Shown here: in pieces, positions 32,018 through 60,435 of the stretch
How positions within the stretch are numbered: the stretch's first letter is position 1
Layout of the letters: each line of letters opens with the position of its first letter
Source: Lingula anatina
Taxonomy: Eukaryota; Animalia; Brachiopoda
Assembly (NCBI GenBank): GCA_051362555.1
Contig: CM120640.1
Span: 35,979,967-36,043,966, forward strand
Direction of reading: 5' to 3'
Length of the DNA stretch: 64,000 nt
The notes under the pieces: generated by a model
Databases searched by the model: none
The model's input: the letters and a program-made list of their open reading frames with translations, nothing else
Told to the model about the DNA's origin: nothing
Made by a program: the position numbers and the translations under genes

Positions 32018-35000
32018 ATAAAAAATAACGATTTAGTGAAAAAACACCCATTTTCCCATTGATTTGAATGGGGACTTCCGACCAGTGCGTCACGCAGGTT
32101 GTAACGCACTTCAACTTGGCGTAGTTCTCTTATTTGGTCGGTGACCCCCAACTTTTTTGGCAAAATTAAAATCTACTTGGATGCCTCTTTACACAAAAAG
32201 TTTTTTAAAAAAATTCAAACGTCAGAAAGTCATAAAAAATAATGCTTTAGTGAAAAAACACCCATTTTCCCATTGATTTGAATGGGGACTAGTGCGTCAC
32301 GCAGGGTGTAATGCATTTCAACTTGACGTAGTTCTCTTATTTGGTCGGTGACCCCCAATTTTTTTTGCAGAATTTAAATGCACTTGGATGCCTCTTTACA
32401 CAAAAAAAATTTTTTTTTAATTCGAACGTTAGAAAATCATAAAAAATAATGTTTTAGTGAAAAAACACCCATTTTCCCATTGATTTGAATGGGGATTAGT
32501 GCGATATGCAGGGTGTAACATATTTGGGCGTAGTTCTCTTATTTGGTCGGTGACCCCCAATTTTTTTTGCAAATTTTTAATGTACTTGAGTGTCTCTTCA
32601 AACCAAAAAAATTTTTAAAAAATTCGAACGTTGGAACATGTAACGACCGATCTACCTTAAATCATTTCTTTTATGAAAAAGTTTTCTACCTTCACAAGTG
32701 TAATTAATAAAAGCCATATGATTTATTACCTCAATAAGTACTACACACTTTGCCCTGGAAGCTGATGGTAGGAACTCCGCATACAACGTGACACTGAAAT
32801 ACACAAAAAAGTTAATGGCTTGATTCCATTATCTCTACATGCATGGTGCCTAAAAGGGATGTGCTGTCACATGATACACACAAAAAATCTTTCAGTTACA
32901 GAATGGCTGTAGCTTATAGCACAGCAAAAAAGAGTATTTTTGTGAAAACCATTTCATGAATATTGCATGGTAGGCAACCGATCATGACCAAGTTCAAAAG
33001 GAACCAAAATATTTTGTAAAATGTACAGGGAGCATTTAGAACTGGGTCCAAGAAGAGGTTTAGATTTTAAACTTTCAGACCAAAAACTTTAGTCCACTTT
33101 GGTCAAAATAAATCCATCACAGTCCAAGTGATTGAAATACAGCCAAGTGAAAAATGCCTCTAACTTAAACACTGATCATTACTTATTGTTTTTCAATTGG
33201 AATATGGATTTATGGATTTTTTAAAATTCTATAGCACCCTGCAGATCCATGTGAAATCTAATTCCTAAGTTAAGTGAGTCCAATGCATCTAAATTGCATG
33301 CGGCACATATTCATCACAAGCAAATAGTGGCCAACTGCTTGGTAAATTTAGACGTTTCTGACTGTACTTTCAAACACCATTAAAAGGCAAACAATCTCAT
33401 GCATAAAACATCAGTGGTGGTGTGCTTTATGCATATGGAATGAACTTTGGCTTCTACAAATCCTGGTTAGTGATTTAAACAATCATTTTCTAGGGCAAGT
33501 TTACATACAAATAGATCAGAAAAGAAATTCAAGATAACATGTACGCAGTAAACCCAAACTGCAACTTTCTTAATTTTTTTCCTAATTATGACAATGGCAA
33601 CTGGGCTGTGACAAACTAAATTGACAGCCCAGTCTAATGAAAGCTTCAACCAAATCAGCCGCAATGGGGGTGGGGTAGGAGGTGGAGGTTGTATAAAAAT
33701 GGTGACTTACGATTGTGGAGCACCTCCTATTCCAAATCCAACCAATCCACGCAGTATTAGCATCCATACGTACACTGGAGAAAAGGAACTGACAAGGCCA
33801 TAGTAGAATGTGAACACGGAGCTCAAAATTAACTCCTGCAAGTTAAATGAATCCATTTATTACTCAATATTATGGTAATATTGATAAATAGGCTGATAAA
33901 TATATTGGAATAAGCCCAAATGTATAACACTGAAAGCAAATATAAATAAATTATAGTAGGGCTATTCTTTTTATCACAACCCTTTCAATGGTAAACAAAT
34001 GAAATAATATCAGGGTTGTAGATAAAATGCTTGAAAGTACAACATCCATAATAAGTCTTAAATGTGGTCAGTTGTTCTTTCACAGAAAGCATATTAAAGT
34101 TTTCCCAATAGGATGAACTAAATAAATAAATGGATAAATAAATAAATACTGGTTTTATAGTGTAGAAAATACTAAAAAATATTAAGATGCAGTGTATATT
34201 GACTGTGCCAAGAGATTCATCTGTAGTTGTAATATAGTATACATCAAGAAGTTTTCTAAACACAGGCAGTACATCTAAAGAAACATTAACTTGCGATCTT
34301 CAGAATCTATGATGTGTACAGTGTAGACCTCTGTTAAGAAGACTGCCCACAGGGTTATGTTATGCTCCTCACTAAAATTACTGAATTATGATTAATCCTA
34401 AAAAAGCAACTTTTGTAATTAAGAGCACCAATATCAATCTGAATGTTTTTAAATGATACTACTACTGGATTGATTACCAATAATCTGAGGCATGGTTCCT
34501 AAGGGACATTCAATAAAGCAATGTTTATATGAAAGTTTTTTCTAGGCTTTGTTTGGCCATATTATCTAAGGTAGCAATGGTGTATTAGTGCAATTAATCA
34601 TTTCAGACAAGAGCTGTGCATCACATAATAAGAAACAGTCAAATAGATTTTATGTGTAGTAAATTTGAAGGAATTAAAATGAGTAAAGAATTGTGTAGTA
34701 GGAGGGATAAGATCACTCTACCATAACCTAAAGAAACCCTTGCTGAAATTAATATACCTTTTCATAATTATAAAAGCCATCATGCTCATTACTGTACACA
34801 AAATCTATATGGTATCCCAGGTCACCTAATGCTTCCCCAATATTTACTAGAAATAACACAAATATGCTTATAATAGTATAGAGGTGAGTTTCTGCCACCA
34901 GCATGTCTCACAAAGTCATAACACACACACACACAAAAAGAAAAGAATAAACTCTTTTCAACTCAAGGGAAAGAAATTGGCTCTGAGAAATAGCTGTCTT

Positions 35001-35890
35001 GTAATTCAACAATCAAAATCCAATTAAGATCACTTGCTTTCTCTCGTCATGCCTTCATAAGACAGTATGGAGAATATCAAGCGCAACTGCTTACGACAAA
35101 AATCAATACATCACCACAGGTCTCGTCAAGGCAGCAAGCCATAGATGATATTAAAATCCTATTATCACAACGCTGGCAATTACATCTCCTGTATCAACCT
35201 TTCATTTCAAGATAAACGCTACTCACTACCTTTAAACTAGAGAAAAAATGGGCTCAATTTCTTAAATGTTGCTAATTGTGGTGGAAGTTAAGGCTGGTGA
35301 AATCAAGGTTTATTAGTCAGTGCTCATACCACTTATATGATGAATGTCTTCTTTGCGTGAAATTCCATTAGCGGGATCACACAAGCTGGGCTTCACTTCA
35401 GCACAAAAGCTAATATATGCTGAGTCCAATTACTTTATTTCAAACCAAATCAGTGATGAACTAGTGAATTGTAAGATAAGTATAAAATCTTGTTCATTAT
35501 CCTAGTCTTTCTGCTTCTAGCAATTAGTTTTTACAGAATAAATCCATTATCCATTCTGTTTTATCATATCACAGATAGTACCCGACATTTTTTATTTGTC
35601 TAATTTTTGACTGACAATGCCTGTCTTTTTCAGTTCATCAAAAATAAGACAAAAATAAAAAAATATACGTATTTCAAATGCGAAATAATAAACCAACAAA
35701 ATGTGATAGTTGCCAGCTAAAACTGGTGACAACTTTTAATTACAAATATTGCCCAAACTTTCAGCAAAAACCAACAAATTAATAAACATTTTTCTTACCA
35801 TCCTTCTTCCATATTTGTCACATATGGTCCCCCACAACCCAGAGCTCACCATCATACCAACAAATACAATCTGAAATTGAACAAAATTAT

Positions 35891-35923
<33 letters not shown>

Positions 35924-38900
35924 CAGATAGACAGACAGATAGAGAGATAGATGTAAAAAGAAAAAAATTAAAAATAAAACACTAAACTTTTTTTCGACTG
36001 TAAACAATGTCATGCCTAAAAAATCTGATAGGAAAATTTTATTCATTTATTTTTAGGAGGAGATGCTAAACCGGTACATTGCTGCCCTTTTTCAGTAGCT
36101 GAATACAAAATTATAAAATCACTTCACAGCAAAATTACTTTAACTTTTCAACAAAGGCATAATGCATCTGATCCTGTTTCATTGATAAACCTTACAGTTG
36201 TAATGAGAGCTTTCTCCCAGTCCTCCAGATCCCAGTCACAGTGTAATGCTGGCCCCAGGATACTGAGGATCATCATCTCCATGGCATCAGACATCTGCAA
36301 AAGAAAAAATCCATCATGTAGGAATAAGATCATGACACTAGCCAATGGGCCAACACAATGAAGTGGTAGATTTAATGTTAGACTAGTAACAAAAATGGAT
36401 TTTTAAAAGTTACCAGTCTGGAGTTGTTTTAGAGTATTTTTTTCCATTGTCCACTATCTATAGATTTTAACTTGAGCTACCCAATACTGATTAAAGGGAT
36501 TACAACTGTTCATTTTGGCAGGATAAGTGCCATAAAATGGATTTCCCCCATGCTTTCAATTGGTGAATGAATCTGCTCCAACATTTGAAGTTAGTTAGTA
36601 TGAAAAAATTATTACTGAGGCTATCCATCTATGAAGGTTCACCTGTATAAAGGCAGGCATAGATAATTAAGAATAAATGAGATAGCCAATGTTTTGGTGG
36701 TAAAAGGTAATTTATTGTATTTCTAGGTGTTATGTACAATCTATTTATTGGGTATTTTGAATCTCGTATGCACAGTAGTTTTCCCTTTTAGACAAGTAGA
36801 TTTCAAGGCCTATTGGCTTGTAAGACCACAAGGGTAAAAAATTGAAGGCACAGGCTGTAATAACTTCAATTATGGCAGTGCCACTCTTTGTTCAGAAGCT
36901 GTAATAAAGTGTTACAAACAATTTCAAATAAAGTACCAGACTATTAAGGTACTGTGGTTTTCAGATATATGGGTTTTCACAAAATCAAGGCAAGGTTTTG
37001 AAATACAGGCTCTATACATATGAGTTTTGTTTTTACTTTCAGCCTTTTATTTCAGGTTTCAAAAATGAAGAGGCAAAAAAATTACTGAGAAAAATCCACT
37101 ACTCCGGAATAATGTGAAAATATTGTTTCCAGTTTAATTTCAATAAGATGTGATACTTTCCATGTGACTAAGGGCAAGTGTGAACCTAATTAAAAAATTG
37201 GTGCATATCTTCTGTTCATTTGAGAAATTTACTCAAAGAAAAACATTTGCAAGGATGAAAAGAGCAAGCCATTTATACAAGACAATGCTTTTACAGTCAC
37301 TAAAACTATGAGTTAATTCTATCTAGCATCCAGTGACTGTAATACCTAAAACATCATTTGTATGCTCTTTTGGCATTATTAAGGCTATCAGACCAATGTA
37401 ACAGTTTTAAAATCAATAAACAGTGCAATACTTATCAGTCAAGATTTTAAGCTTTCACTAGGTCATTAAAAATTCATTTCTGAAATATTATAATCTAATA
37501 ACTTACAACTTAGTGTTTTTAAAAAGAATTAGTATATCGCTAGAGTGTAAGCAAACAGCTTATAATGGCAAAAGCTTCCGTCTTTAATTATGTAACTTCA
37601 TATCAAGTGAATTACCCTTTAGCATGCAAATGGCAGGTATCAGGGGAAAATTAAGAAAAGATGAGAAGTATGTTATTTAATATGCCCAATAGGTTGATTG
37701 GAATCCCTGTTGTTATTTTCTGAGTATACCAGAATGTGTCTGATAACCACAGGTAAATAAAAGAGCCCAGTGGGGCCTTAAAAAGAACTTATGCAGAACC
37801 ATTTTCTGCTAATGGCTTTTGGTGTACTGAGTGCTAAAAATAAAACCATTGTAAGTTATTAGTGACAATACTTCATTACAAAGGTACTGTGAAACACAAT
37901 CAAAATTTTAAATGATTGCTATTTAATCAATTAATTATTTCATGCAGAAAGCACCCTCCCCTGTTCAATGTCCTGTTCTGTGGCCCCTTTACAAACATAC
38001 TCTGTCTTCTTTTAGAAAAATTGAAGCTGATGATTTAGAATGCACAATGTGTTACAATATGGGCATTTACTAGTACCATTTAAACTAATGGAATAATCTT
38101 TATGCAGGCAACCTTTTTGTGATGCATTACGTTTCACTGTCTTCTAACTATAATCTATTGCTCTGATAGTATTCCTTTCTCCGTTACCGATGAAAATATT
38201 TAAGCAGGTAATATTCAAGTTGTATAAATTCCTCTTAAGGCCGTATTTATTCAACTAAAAATAATAAAACCTGGTGTCATCAACCTTCAATTTTTTATCT
38301 GAATCAGTAATAATTTCCTGAAGCAGATAAAAATTAAAATAAAACACTCATTATTTCTAGATCAGTGTCTTTTAAAAGAAACTACACGAAGAAATAAAAT
38401 ATATATTTAGTAACTGTGAAATCTGATATATATAGTCATAAAAAGTGTGGTTGGAATTGGAAGAGCAACTACAGAATACAACTAAATTACAATAAAATGT
38501 ACTAACCCATGCTAGACCTGTGAGAAGAGAGAGCTTGATCTGGAATTTGCCAAAACCAATGGCATCCACTGCCTGCTCAACTGTGAATGTATCTGAAGCA
38601 AGCAGAAACATCAAATCAATTAAAGATCACCTTATACTGATATTTTCTGACCAAGAATCAAAACTGTATCAATATATATGCTATCAAAGAGTTTACATTT
38701 GCATGTAACTTCCCTATCTTATTTTCAAACAGCCTCTACTAATTGTCAAGTGTTTTTGAATGAAACAGATTAATGAAGCTCTATTTAAGTTATGTGAATC
38801 ATATTGATTTCATATCTGCCAATTTAGGAGCCATTAATTTACAGCTGCAATGAATATATATATATATATATGCATTTATGCTTATCTAAATGTTCTTCTA

Positions 38901-39768
38901 AATGGAAATCTGATAAAACTCTAATTACCCAGTGTTGCCACTGTACCAAACATATGGCCAATACATGAAAAATCCATAACAATTCTTTTCCCAGCCTTCT
39001 ATAAAGCATGAAACTAATAAAATATTTTAAATGGCTAGTTGACTGCAATACTTTCATTGGTTATTTTCATAGATTCCTTTGAACGGTGTTTAATCTTCAC
39101 TATTGATTTCTGCAGTGCCAATAATACCTGTGCAGATTACGGAAATGTTTGAATATCAAGTGAAAACAATAGCACAGGATACAGTCTATACATAGAAAGA
39201 GAGAGAAAAAACATTCATCATGCATGCAAACCAAGCTTAATGATCTGAGGTCTATTTTTTCCTTGTCAGCCATCACACTGTACTCTAAGTTTCTTTCTTG
39301 TAAGCCATAAATAAACAATTTTCCATTGTCTGCCATAGCCCATCTGTTGTGTAAATGGGAAATTGGTCTACACAGGCTTTGTTTAAACTTAAATAAAATT
39401 CTGGTAAGGGCAGCACGAAAGGTTAGATATGTGCAGATGTACACTGTACTGGTAGCAGTGCCAGTAGGTCTAATGAATTCATAATAGCAGAAATGTGGCT
39501 TGCGGTGCAACTTATTCCAACAATAAATGTAACATGGCTATATTACTATATAGAACCATTCTAATCTATTTTCATCGCACACTGATGTACCTTCTTTGGG
39601 TGCCCCAGGGTCTCCTCCATCTCCCTCGGGTGGGAAAGCCTCAAATTCCACACTTTCAGTTCTTGCCGCTGTATCTGCGGGAGGCTGCGTAGCTTCGTCA
39701 AGATCTTCATACTTCTGCCTTCTTATCTTGACGAATCTATTCAGCAAGGAATTGAACGTGTTAGCCAT
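24853..39768 (-). CDS. SVOP: SVOP-like MFS transporter, copy 2, 16 coding exons, apparently intact
   Basis: Same exon structure as copy 1 with longer introns. First exon 39768-39591 ([12 protein letters not shown]...), [68 protein letters not shown], last exon [16 protein letters not shown] (24903-24853). Confidence 0.9.
25530..26176. mobile_element. Non-autonomous DNA transposon (647 bp), ~77-bp TIRs, 8-bp TSD (P- or hAT-like)
   Basis: Near-perfect TIRs CACCCTGAGCTTCAGAGATAACTTGACACTAACCTCTTCACTATAGCCTATCTTC... at both ends; TSD ATCAGGGG at 25522-25529 and 26177-26184; CA...TG termini. Confidence 0.9.
26179..26345 (+). mobile_element. MITE family C copy
   Basis: CAGGGGCGGATCCAGAGATATTTTCTGACAG...GACCCAGAAGACAGCCTAAATCATACCTG; homologous to 12684-12851. 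Confidence 0.8.
28733..29000. repeat. Diverged tandem duplication (~134 bp x2)
   Basis: GCAGAT(A/G)AAACA..GAGCAGGTAAATATAAGA...ATACATGAGAAA...TTCAATTTA..TTTGTCTTA occurs twice in tandem. Confidence 0.75.
31028..32656. mobile_element. Non-autonomous Kolobok-like DNA transposon (1.63 kb)
   Basis: TTAA TSD (31024-31027, 32657-32660); 17-bp perfect TIR GGTAGATCGGTCGTTAC; GG...CC termini fit Kolobok rather than piggyBac (CC...GG); no transposase ORF. Confidence 0.85.
32017..32640. repeat. Subterminal tandem array (3 x ~210 bp) inside the Kolobok-like element
   Basis: Units start at ~32017, 32231 and 32438; each carries the near-palindrome CCCATTGATTTGAATGGG and GTAGTTCTCTTATTTGGTCGGTGACCCC. Confidence 0.9.
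35891..35951. repeat. (GATA)n/(GACA)n microsatellite
   Basis: Tetranucleotide run. Confidence 0.9.
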
Positions 39769-41811
39769 AAAATGTTATACGATCTACAGCCGACAGTTGA
39801 GGGACATATTGCTCTATGCCTTGAACCGACCGGCAATCTGGACAGCTGGTGAAATGTAAATATTGGACGGTAGGAAGAAATTACATATAGGTGGCGCCAG
39901 TTACCAGACAGGTGCGTTGGAAAAACAAGAAAAGCCTGTGTTGGTCTTTCAGAGAACAAAGCCAATAGATTTCTTACAAAAAAGTGCCAAACATTAAAAT
40001 TATAATCCACGTGTAGGTTTATCACAATTATAACATTTATCTTGTGAACAAAAAGTATCTTACGTGTACGTACGGTTTAGGCAAATGATCCACCACCCTT
40101 GAAACTACATCACGACTCATATTTCCACAGTGTCTGCCTGAATCTGTGGTCCAAGATGGCTAGTGTCAAAAGCTTATGCTGCATGTAGAGTATGGTCTAC
40201 ATCTGTCTGAGGTAGTTGTTAGCAGAATGCCTTTCCAACTATATTGGGCTGCCAAATTTGACGCAGCGCTGCCGTCACTGACGTACTAGGCCCCTATTCA
40301 CTTATGTTCACTGTGAATACGGAGTTCCACTTGTTTGACGACTTGTATTTCAACCCTTTCAAGGGTCACAAATAGCCTGTGTATAAAAAGTTATTCAATG
40401 TGACTATATTTATATATCAGACGTGCTTATCCTTTTTGTTGCCATTCATGGGTTCATTTACCTACAACTCACACCAATACACATCTAACAGCTTATCACC
40501 AAGTTGCAATAAACATGAGTAAAGTCCTGTTTACAAGCTTTGACAAAAAATTCGCACATCATTTGTATTAGGTAGAAGACATAGTTTCACATGAAACTTG
40601 CAACATTTGATAGATAGGTCCCTAACATAAAAGTTTCCAAAGTTTGATCATAGTTGATGTATAGCTTACCGGATATTTCGTTTTTTAATTGCGTCCACAG
40701 GTGCATCGTTATGGTTACGACTACGCCTACAGCATCGCCACATTCTTTTGTCACATTTTGTTACCCAGATCTTGAAGCAAAGACACTATTGAAGTATTCA
40801 AGGTCCCTTCAAGCACAGGCACCAACTAAAATTATCTATTTTTGATCAGATTTTACATGATACAGTATTTATAGTTTCACACGAAATGTTAATCAACTTA
40901 CCACGGCATCCATGTGCATCCTGATTTAACCATATAAATTGATTTCCCCAGTCTTCCTCAAAAGAGACGCTGGATAGGGGCATTCAATAAAATGCATCGA
41001 ACATTTTGGTGGCAGGGGAACAATCGACGAACATAAAGAAAGATAAGGCAGATCGATCGATTCAAAAGCCTGCGTTTACAGCCAGCTTCAAAGCTAATTT
41101 CATATACTTGTTTGACAGCCTATGCATTCATCTTTACGAATGAAAGATTTAATCCTGAAAGAATTTACATCCTCTTATTCTTTTTGTGTAGCAAATGAAA
41201 GGAGCCCAACATAAAAGAAACCAAAGGCAGCAAAAGAAACGTGAAACCTCTATAGCTTATCTGAAGACTACTGAACGCCCATTTTTCTTTTCCTTGGAAA
41301 TATTAGAGAAAAAGAACGAAACTGAGAGAAACTTTTATTGCATTGAAACTGGGATAAACGAAGAGACACCCGACCCGTAACAAGAGAACCAGAAAAGACA
41401 GGTCATATATTTCAGTTTAAGCTGGTTTCAAATTTTTAAAAGAATATTTGCAAAAAATGCATGAATTCTTGATACTGTCTTTGTTTTAAATGTTTTTAAC
41501 ACGAACTGCGAAATTTACGAACGCTTTCCATTTTTTTCTAAATAGGCCTATATAAACAGTTCAATAGACCTTGGCCACATTTCATAAGAAAACCACGTCC
41601 CACCATTTAAAATTCCTGTGTCGTCTGCTGCGCATTGCTTCTTTTGATTTTATGTTTTATGCAATGCTACTGTACACCACCCAGTAGGATAGAAGATATA
41701 TTTTGGGTCCCAGTGCTATACAAGGGTTTTTGATGAATCTACAATTAAATTTTCATAAAAAAAGAGTTGCCTTTTTTGGTATTGCAAGTTCTACCGGTAT
41801 GTATGGTTTTG

Positions 41812-41852
<41 letters not shown>

Positions 41853-42313
41853 GCGACAAGGAAAACGTTTTCACCCTTAGAATTTCCCCGTTGTAACCGA
41901 ACGCGCATAAAACCAGTGCGTGTGTGAATACCAGAGGCGCATGTTTACGTTTTTCATAATCGAATTTTTTTTTCTTTTCTTATATCGATCATAAAGCAAT
42001 TAGCCTTTTGAATAAGGGGTTGGTGGGTTCCTCTGGATCAAGATGACCTGTAACACTAATCGTCAAGTTTCAGAGGACTGTACAGCGTTAATTGGACCAA
42101 ACGTTAATTGTTTTTTCATTGATACGTCACCCTCCCCTGGCATGGCCGTACAATATTTACTCACAATTACCTGTCGACTTCCGTCATAAATTTTCCGGTC
42201 ACGTGATACAGGTGAACGCTGAAAAGGATTGACACTTGTCCATTTGTCGTAGTGCAGTTTTTTCAGGCTATGTATGAGTAAGTGTTTACCTGTGAACAAG
42301 GCTACTGTACAGC

Positions 42314-57239
<14,926 letters not shown>

Positions 57240-58925
57240 AGTATAATAAGCTGACATCCAATTTTAACAATAAGTCTTTTATTTAGATGGTATGGATATT
57301 GACTCATTTGAGATAGTGGTGCATGCATTTAATGTACATTGTCTGAATAATGTCAACATGACTACATATGCACTTGTTATGCAACATTGCCTTCAAGAAA
57401 TTGGCAACAAAGCATTACATTAAATATTTATCAGCATATCAGGAAGTTTTGACTTAGTATTTATACTTGCATAACATGCTTTGGTTTGTTTTGCTATATT
57501 ATGTGAGGACTGGTAAGCACACATTTTGTCCTTTTGTAAAGTTGGGCAGTGACAACCATTTTAGACAGAACATTTTACTCAGATAATGTAATTGAATCAA
57601 AGATGCATTATATTGTGGTTGTGCAGACATTGCTGTACCCAAGAAGTAAAAGATTTTCTGGGCAAGGTGCATATTTCATTTTTCTTGGTGGGTAGATCTG
57701 TCAAAGTTTCAAATTTTGTTTTTAAAGTCTAACAAGTAGCAAAGAATAGGCCAGCAGTATGGTGCATAATTATAGACAATGTATTTTAAAAAGAGTATAA
57801 AGAAACATATCTAATGCAATTGATACTTTTGTGATATTCAGAATTTTATTTAAAAATTCATTAAAAGCAACTACAGTGAATAATTTTAGATCTTTTGTAT
57901 CTGGGTTTGTTGACTCAGGCAAATGTTTAGGTTAAATTATCTCTCTTTACTGAATCTTTATGTATTTTGCTTCTAACTGCATAATTATGAAATGTGTAGA
58001 AAAATCTTCAAAAATCATGAAATGGGTTATAATTATATTTTAAACATTACTGTTACTCAAGTGTAAGCAATATTTAAAGAAACGGGTAACTTTTATATTA
58101 CATCTTGCAAATTGATGTCCAGACTTGCCTTTTTACATCAATAATGTCAAAATATTTTAATAGTAAATAAAAATCATGTGATGAGTATCCATTTCTCATT
58201 TGTTATTTTTGAATGTCTTTTTATGTATAACTGATTACCACAATATTTCCATTACGTCACATTTTAGTACTATTATCAATCACTTCAGGCCATTTTGATT
58301 CCCAATTGGGTTTGGTATAAATATCAATTGGCATATAAATTTTTTGTCATTTGATCTTCTGAACGAATCTCAGGTAATATGGATGGATGTTACTGTTTCT
58401 TCCAATACAAAATTCTGTAATAGTCATTTATGACATAATTACAGTAACTTATTGTATTATTACTACATACTTTGTTCTATCCAGTTTCTTGTATTCTGCC
58501 TTTGTGTCACTATAGGTGTTAAGCAGCATATTAAAACCTGACAGAAATTCCCTCAGAAAATCATCCCTTGTTTAAAACAACTTGATATTACTTCATCACA
58601 CAACGAAAGTCAAATGTCTGAGAGTCTCTTTGAGACCATTTGAGACAGCAAGTCACTTCAAAGGCTCTGACACAATCAAGGGGAGGATGTCATGAACATC
58701 ATGTCACCAAAAAAACCTTGACACAATCCAACAGATGGAGTGTAAGACATCACCTCTAATACAATCCTGTTAAGAATATTGCACCTGACACAGCCTGTCC
58801 TACACTGCCTTTACCAACCCAAACAGTGAAAGGACTCATGCTTGTCACCAGAATTCATGTGACTTCTCCTACAAGCTCCCAGTACACTGAACCTGACTTT
58901 ACCACGTGTCAGAAATCCTTTTAAG

Positions 58926-60180
58926 TCACTGTTTTGGTTCTCCTCCTGCATCTTGTACTTTATCTGCTTGAGCTTGTAACAGTTTAATCCTCTTCCTCTG
59001 ATAGTGTTGCCAGTGTAACAGCTGCTGGTCATCTATAAACTTTGCACACTGGGCATTGACCAGTTCTTTGCGGAAATGTTCATACTGAAGTAGCTCAAGG
59101 AAATGTAAACACTGTGGATACCTACAAATGAAATAAGGATCAGATGAAAATTTTGATCAAAACTTTTTCAAGTACTGTCAAAGAATTTGAGCAATAAATC
59201 AACACTTTTTTAGTCAAACTCGATTCTAAATAGATGAAACCTTGTCATAAATTTGATCAAGACTTTTTTTTAATTTTAGAAAACTAACAACATATAAAAA
59301 GTATTGCATCCATATTACCTGCTTCAAATAGATGATAACAGTAAAGATGAGAAACTTACTTTAAGTACTTAGCATAATCAGGCTCCTTCCAGTACAAGAG
59401 GTATTTCAGGTAATTCACAAACTTGGAATCTTTAAAGTAACCCCTCTGGGCAAGAACTATCACAAAAAGAGAAAAAAAATTGTGACATTCAAAGGTGTCA
59501 TTTAGGCTTCATAGTATGTCCCAAAGGATGCTTAGAACCATTTTTTCACCATTTGCACTCCTTTTTAACATTTCTTATGCTTAGAGTTGTGTTAAAGAAA
59601 AAATATTAAAATGCCAATATAGCCACTAATTTGTTAGAAAATCCACCTTTATAAGTCATAGATGCCAAAATTATTGTCCTTACAATTCAAATAATTGGGA
59701 TTGGACAGGCACTGCACAAATTCTAGCTCACACTGGAAACGAAGTCTTTGTTGTTCCTCTGTTTCTGAAAACAGATTTAAAACAATCAAAAGTATAAATA
59801 CACACTTTTACTTTCGTATTAACATAATTATAGGTTTTAATCTATAAACATATACATTAAAAACTAAGGTTTTAGAAATTCATATGTCAAATTTCAAAAT
59901 CTATGTCACATAACTGAATTTAGAAAACAAACAGCACTCTAACTAATTTCTATTATAATTCTAAGGTAGGGGACTCCTTTCTTTAAACATTGGCGTTCAA
60001 GTCAACAGTTGTAAAGGACCAAACGATCAGGGATTGACGCTTAGGTTTCAGGCTAAATAATATGCAAAATCAAACTTTAGGTATAAATACATTTACCAAC
60101 AGATACAGTACACCAATTTCTCTCAGACAGCTTTTAAATAACGTACCAACAACTGAAGCTTGTCCCCTTCCTGCAGCCAT
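58926..60180 (-). CDS. MED31: Mediator of RNA polymerase II transcription subunit 31 (4 exons; not visible in the ORF track)
   Basis: Spliced translation MAAGRGQASVV-ETEEQQRLRFQCELEFVQCLSNPNYLNF-LAQRGYFKDSKFVNYLKYLLYWKEPDYAKYLK-YPQCLHFLELLQYEHFRKELVNAQCAKFIDDQQLLHWQHY... carries the MED31/Soh1 signature. Confidence 0.95.
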
Positions 60181-60435
60181 GCTTCATACACATTCTCAAC
60201 CCGCACAAAACAAAATTGTTGTTTTTAATGATTATGATCAGATTAAAATAATTATCTACCAATGTCATTTAGTTCTTATATCCCCAAATATATTTACAAT
60301 TTAACTGCTTTAATGTTTTTAATTTTTAACTTCTTGTTTCTCACCAACGTGAATATTCTGCGGAGCTAATAACATGGCCGCTTGCAGGGCGGACTAACGT
60401 GAATGTGACTAAGTAAGGCCCGATTTCTCTGAAAT
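60181..60435. promoter_or_regulatory. Bidirectional promoter MED31/INTS2
   Basis: 255 bp between divergent ATGs; YY1-like AANATGGCCGC at 60371 and 60433; duplicated AACGTGAAT. Confidence 0.7.

Noticed and set aside
32017-32640. Regularly spaced palindromic repeats suggesting a CRISPR-like array
   Set aside because: Whole units are homologous (no unique spacers), they lie inside a TIR element, the context is eukaryotic and there are no cas genes.
40560-41640. Transposon-like sequence sharing TCGTCTGCTGCGCAT with position ~60823
   Set aside because: Could not define termini or a TSD by eye.
58811-59032. 73-aa minus-strand ORF
   Set aside because: Alternative frame of the last MED31 exon; the spliced frame ends at 58926.
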